Positions 45,230 to 50,622 of a stretch of 50,622 bases of DNA are shown here, piece after piece. Source of the DNA: an uncultured Veillonellaceae bacterium (lineage in GTDB: Bacteria; Bacillota; Negativicutes; UBA1444); the NCBI GenBank assembly GCA_964579955.1, contig CAZOJA010000002.1:1-50622 (forward strand). The letters run 5' to 3'. Under the pieces are notes generated by a model. That model was not told where the DNA came from, did no database searches, and saw nothing but the letters and a program-made list of their open reading frames with translations. Made by a program: the position numbers and the translations under genes. The stretch's first letter is position 1. Each line of letters opens with the position of its first letter.

Positions 45230-45658
45230 GTGCAATCAATATCTTTGATTATAAATAGGATACATACAAAACTGATACGTATTGAAGGGTATCAACGAGC
45301 ATGGGTAGAAAAACACTGGGAAGAAATCGTTGGTAGTAATGCAAGAAAACACTCAATTACACGAAAAATAAAAAATAAAATTCTATATATTAGTGTAGAT
45401 AGTTCTGTTTGGAATCATAAATTATTTATTGATAAAAAAGGAATTATTGATAAAATTAACCGTACAGTTGACAATGTTATAATCGATGATATCAAGTTCC
45501 AAATGGGAAATGATAATGACTTTTACTCCAAGGAAGAGCATATCTCAGCAATACAAATAGAGGAAAAACTTCTCAATAATGACCAAGTAATTCAGAAAAA
45601 ATTAAATAAAAAAATATTATTATCACTGTTAAATAAGGCAAAAAAGAAGGGCAAATAA
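45230..45658 (+). CDS. DUF721 (DciA-like) domain protein
   Basis: 142 aa with a GTG start. The segment W..IVG...A.HS....IKNKILYISVDSSVWNHKL resembles DUF721 proteins found between recF and gyrB. Confidence 0.7.
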   Translation: MQSISLIINRIHTKLIRIEGYQRAWVEKHWEEIVGSNARKHSITRKIKNKILYISVDSSVWNHKLFIDKKGIIDKINRTVDNVIIDDIKFQMGNDNDFYSKEEHISAIQIEEKLLNNDQVIQKKLNKKILLSLLNKAKKKGK

Positions 45659-45660
45659 TT

Positions 45661-45921
45661 ATGTATCTTCATATTGGAACTGACGTATTGTTGAGAGAAA
45701 AAGATGTAATAGCAATCATCGGAAGAAAAGGAGAAAAAGATAAGAGCAGAATAAATCGAAGGTTTTTAAAACAAAAAGAGAATGAAGGGAAAATTAATAA
45801 TATTTCAAATAATAATGAGAAGAGTTTTGTTATAACCTCAGATGATTTTGTCTATATATCACCGATATCACCACAGACTTTATCCAAACGGAGCAGGAAA
45901 AAGGAATTTCAGGAGGGCTAG
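45661..45921 (+). CDS. remB: DUF370 protein, RemB (YaaB)-like
   Basis: 86 aa. MYLHIGTDVLLREKDVIAIIG ... SFVITSDDFVYISPISPQTLSKR resembles Bacillus RemB, in the same recF-remB-gyrB position. Confidence 0.75.
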   Translation: MYLHIGTDVLLREKDVIAIIGRKGEKDKSRINRRFLKQKENEGKINNISNNNEKSFVITSDDFVYISPISPQTLSKRSRKKEFQEG

Positions 45922-47853
<1,932 letters not shown>

Positions 47854-47883
47854 TGAATGATAGTGTCATCAGGGAGATGAATT

Positions 47884-50370
<2,487 letters not shown>

Positions 50371-50395
50371 TTGAACAAACAATTTCGACGATTCA

Positions 50396-50424
50396 TTGAC
50401 AACCCTCTAACTGCATGATAAGAT
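50396..50424 (+). promoter_or_regulatory. Promoter P1 downstream of gyrA (probable rRNA operon promoter)
   Basis: TTGACA (50396-50401), a 17-nt spacer, then TAAGAT (50419-50424). Confidence 0.55.
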
Positions 50425-50446
50425 TAAAATCCCAGAAGTGATTTAT

Positions 50447-50479
50447 CGATGGGGAAAACGAAAGTCGTTTTCCCCATCG
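50447..50479 (+). terminator. Perfect 14-bp stem-loop after gyrA
   Basis: CGATGGGGAAAACG-aaagt-CGTTTTCCCCATCG. No strong U-tract follows directly, so it is either a terminator or a processing/regulatory hairpin between the two promoters. Confidence 0.5.
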
Positions 50480-50520
50480 GCATCCAAATCAATATTTTTG
50501 ATAAAAGTTTTGATAGGGTG

Positions 50521-50549
50521 TTGACAGTCACTAGGGCCTGTGCTAATAT
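50521..50549 (+). promoter_or_regulatory. Promoter P2 (probable rRNA operon promoter) followed by an rRNA-leader-like sequence
   Basis: TTGACA (50521-50526), a 17-nt spacer, then TAATAT (50544-50549). The downstream TTCCTTGAAAACTGAACAAAGAGAC resembles pre-16S leader sequences of Firmicutes. Bacillus has rrnO right after gyrA. Confidence 0.6.
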
Positions 50550-50622
50550 ATAAAAGCGTCGTGAGACGGGGTTCCTTGAAAACTGAACAAAGAGACAGCA
50601 CAAAACGCGTGAGAGCGCCAGA

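Overview
This window is the replication-origin (oriC) neighbourhood of a Firmicutes-type chromosome, probably from a selenium-using anaerobe of the Clostridia/Negativicutes kind. Gene orientation flips at the rpmH/dnaA spacer, where DnaA-box clusters lie. To the right, on the plus strand, are dnaA-dnaN-yaaA-recF-DUF721-remB-gyrB-gyrA, followed by tandem rRNA-operon-type promoters at the window edge. To the left everything is on the minus strand. Reading away from the origin: rpmH-rnpA-yidD-yidC-jag-mnmE-mnmG-rsmG-noc-parA-parB; a catalytically degenerate aspartase/fumarase-like protein, DUF4446, an M23 peptidase and a bactofilin; selA-selB; a split archaeal-type glutamate synthase operon behind a ykkC-like riboswitch; livHMGF without a binding-protein gene; a CBS/ACT protein; a selenium module selD (in-frame UGA = Sec)-yedF-DUF3343-DUF951-ychF; rpsF-ssb-rpsR; yybS-gdpP-rplI-Lon-like protease-dnaB; an FAD oxidoreductase-purB-purA; and a truncated tRNA-Lys. 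DNA-level signals include a perfect parS inside parB and a near-perfect parS upstream of parA. A perfect Noc-binding-site palindrome sits inside the DUF3343 gene. Four perfect TTGACA-N17-TATAAT promoters and several rho-independent terminators are also present. I saw no mobile elements, CRISPR arrays or recognisable defence systems. Most of the window is conserved core genome. The most unusual items are the lyase-like pseudoenzyme within the parAB-bactofilin string, two structured leaders (one ykkC-like, one unclassified), and a strongly AT-rich block covering yaaA-recF-DUF721-remB-5' gyrB. Several ORF-track starts were shortened on the basis of RBS position and homologue N-termini. All calls rest on reading the sequence and recalled family motifs; no searches were run.
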